NCBI GenBank assembly: GCA_015680685.1
Contig: MNCI01002363.1
Location: 758,307 to 822,306, forward strand
Origin: Gnetum montanum
Taxonomy: Eukaryota > Plantae > Gnetophyta
Direction: 5' to 3'
DNA length: 64,000 bases
Shown: positions 62,798 to 64,000 of the stretch, one piece after another
Position numbering within the stretch: position 1 is the stretch's first letter
How the letters are laid out: each line of letters starts with the position of its first letter
Notes under the pieces: model-generated
What the model was told of the DNA's origin: nothing
Databases searched by the model: none
The model's input: only the letters and a program-made list of their open reading frames with translations
Made by a program: the position numbers and the translations under genes

Positions 62798-63659
62798 TAA
62801 TGAGTAGTTGGATATTCCAACACTCAACTATACAAGTCACAAGTGTTCACACACAACCATATCGTAATTCATAGATGAACAATGTAAGTATACTACTAGT
62901 TGATATTCAATTTATGTTCATTTTCTTTGCACATAGATTTAGTAGGGTGTAAATCATATGCTTTAACTCTTAGTGAGGTATATGACATATTGATGTTGTT
63001 AAGCTCGAAATATGCTAAGTGCCAACATAGTAAAAATGATTATAAATTATAAGTCTAAGTGTAATGAAAATATAAAGCTATTCTATCCTATTGGTGATAA
63101 GTATATATTCTTGGTTTTTCATACATGTCTTAGGCTGATGCAAATATCACTGGGATTACCAAGTAACTTTACTATTAAGCAAATCAAGCAAAGTTACTAC
63201 TGTGTTACTAAACAATTACACTTTACACTCAAAACCAATCATACTTACTTTGCATTACTAACAAACATTGGAAAAGTAAATTACTTAATAAAAGTGAATG
63301 ACTTAGTAATTGTAAATAATATGAAAAAGTAAAATTATGTTAAGTGAATTTCTACAATGATGAAAAACAATCTTGATATTTATTACTATTCATAAATTAT
63401 GTCTAGGAGCAATCCACTCGAATAAAGATTCCATGCAACTATAATTTACCACACTGCAAGCTTTCACTCTAACTCTGACTCATGAAAACAAACTATAAGA
63501 ATTTTGCAAAGTGTGGGAAAAAAGTTGTTGTTTTGACATGATGGTGGCCAGGTATTTATAAGCATGGCCATTTCCCACATCATTGCATCTACGATGATGT
63601 ATGAAGAGCTACAATATCGTAGATATGATATCATAACTTGCATATTACAGATTTTATCA
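62798..63659 (-). mobile_element. Solo LTR (862 bp, Athila-like family) in the 3' non-coding region of element C
   Basis: Perfect TSD AATGG; termini taatga...ttatca (decayed tgatga...tcatca); left end homologous to the reverse complement of the 60559 LTR end. Confidence 0.88.
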
Positions 63660-63821
63660 AATGGTCGAGTCTTCTTTCAAATAAACTATGTAGGGATAAA
63701 TTGCTTCCTAGTACTTCATTTCGAACAAATAATATCTTCTTATAGTTGTGATAGTCTTATAATTGTTAGTTTTGGGATGATACAATGTGATGTTACTAGT
63801 AAGTAGTATGAACTTGCTTTG

Positions 63822-64000
63822 TGATGAGCGCCGAGGTACCCCTACACCCAACTATACAAATCACAAAGCATTCACACATGATCTGGTCAAATTCCACAAA
63901 CTTTATTGTTTTCAGTGCACTAGCCCTTTAGGAAGTGAATCTTAGCCTTAAGGTTAATCGTTGTCTTCCCAGTTACACTTGTGATGTTCGTTGGTATGGT
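63822..64000 (-). repeat. 3' end of another Athila-like LTR, runs off the right edge
   Basis: tgatgagcgccgaggtacccctacacc is the reverse complement of the family's LTR end (gtaggggtacctcaccactcatca). Confidence 0.85.

Larger units (their letters stand above)
55300..63821 (+). mobile_element. Athila-like gypsy element C (same family as A/D): gag, PR, RT, RH, 5' half of INT, 3' non-coding region; carries three solo LTRs
   Basis: QHHLQAFHDA gag; RILLDFGS protease (~58395); DSEWVSPLVIIPKK, KDHFTLPF; SFLSHTRYYRSFIENF paralogous to position 5-200. Confidence 0.88.

Overview
AT-rich, strongly CG/CHG-depleted plant-type heterochromatin made almost entirely of nested, decayed retrotransposons; no intact host gene, RNA gene or CRISPR array was found. 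Left to right: 3' half of an Athila-like gypsy element (pol, env-like ORF, 3' LTR 7006-7861); a LINE 3' fragment; a chromovirus (Tekay-like) gag/protease fragment; a minus-strand Athila-like 3' end; a ~21 kb Tat/Ogre-like gypsy element (archaeal-type RNase H); a pol-less Athila-like element; a tandem copia sharing a central LTR; a second copia with a triplicated protease segment; and another Athila-like element carrying three solo LTRs with target-site duplications (TSDs). The most unusual structure is in the Tat-like element. Protease and RT are separated by an ~8.6 kb intron-like segment. It holds a multi-exon antisense gene and, upstream of that gene, eight copies of a 20-bp palindrome (inferred ancestor TATACGCTGGCCAGCGTATA) spaced 182-193 bp apart. 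The same motif recurs near the element's 5' end. All coordinates were read by eye, and boundaries without TSD or terminal-repeat support are approximate.
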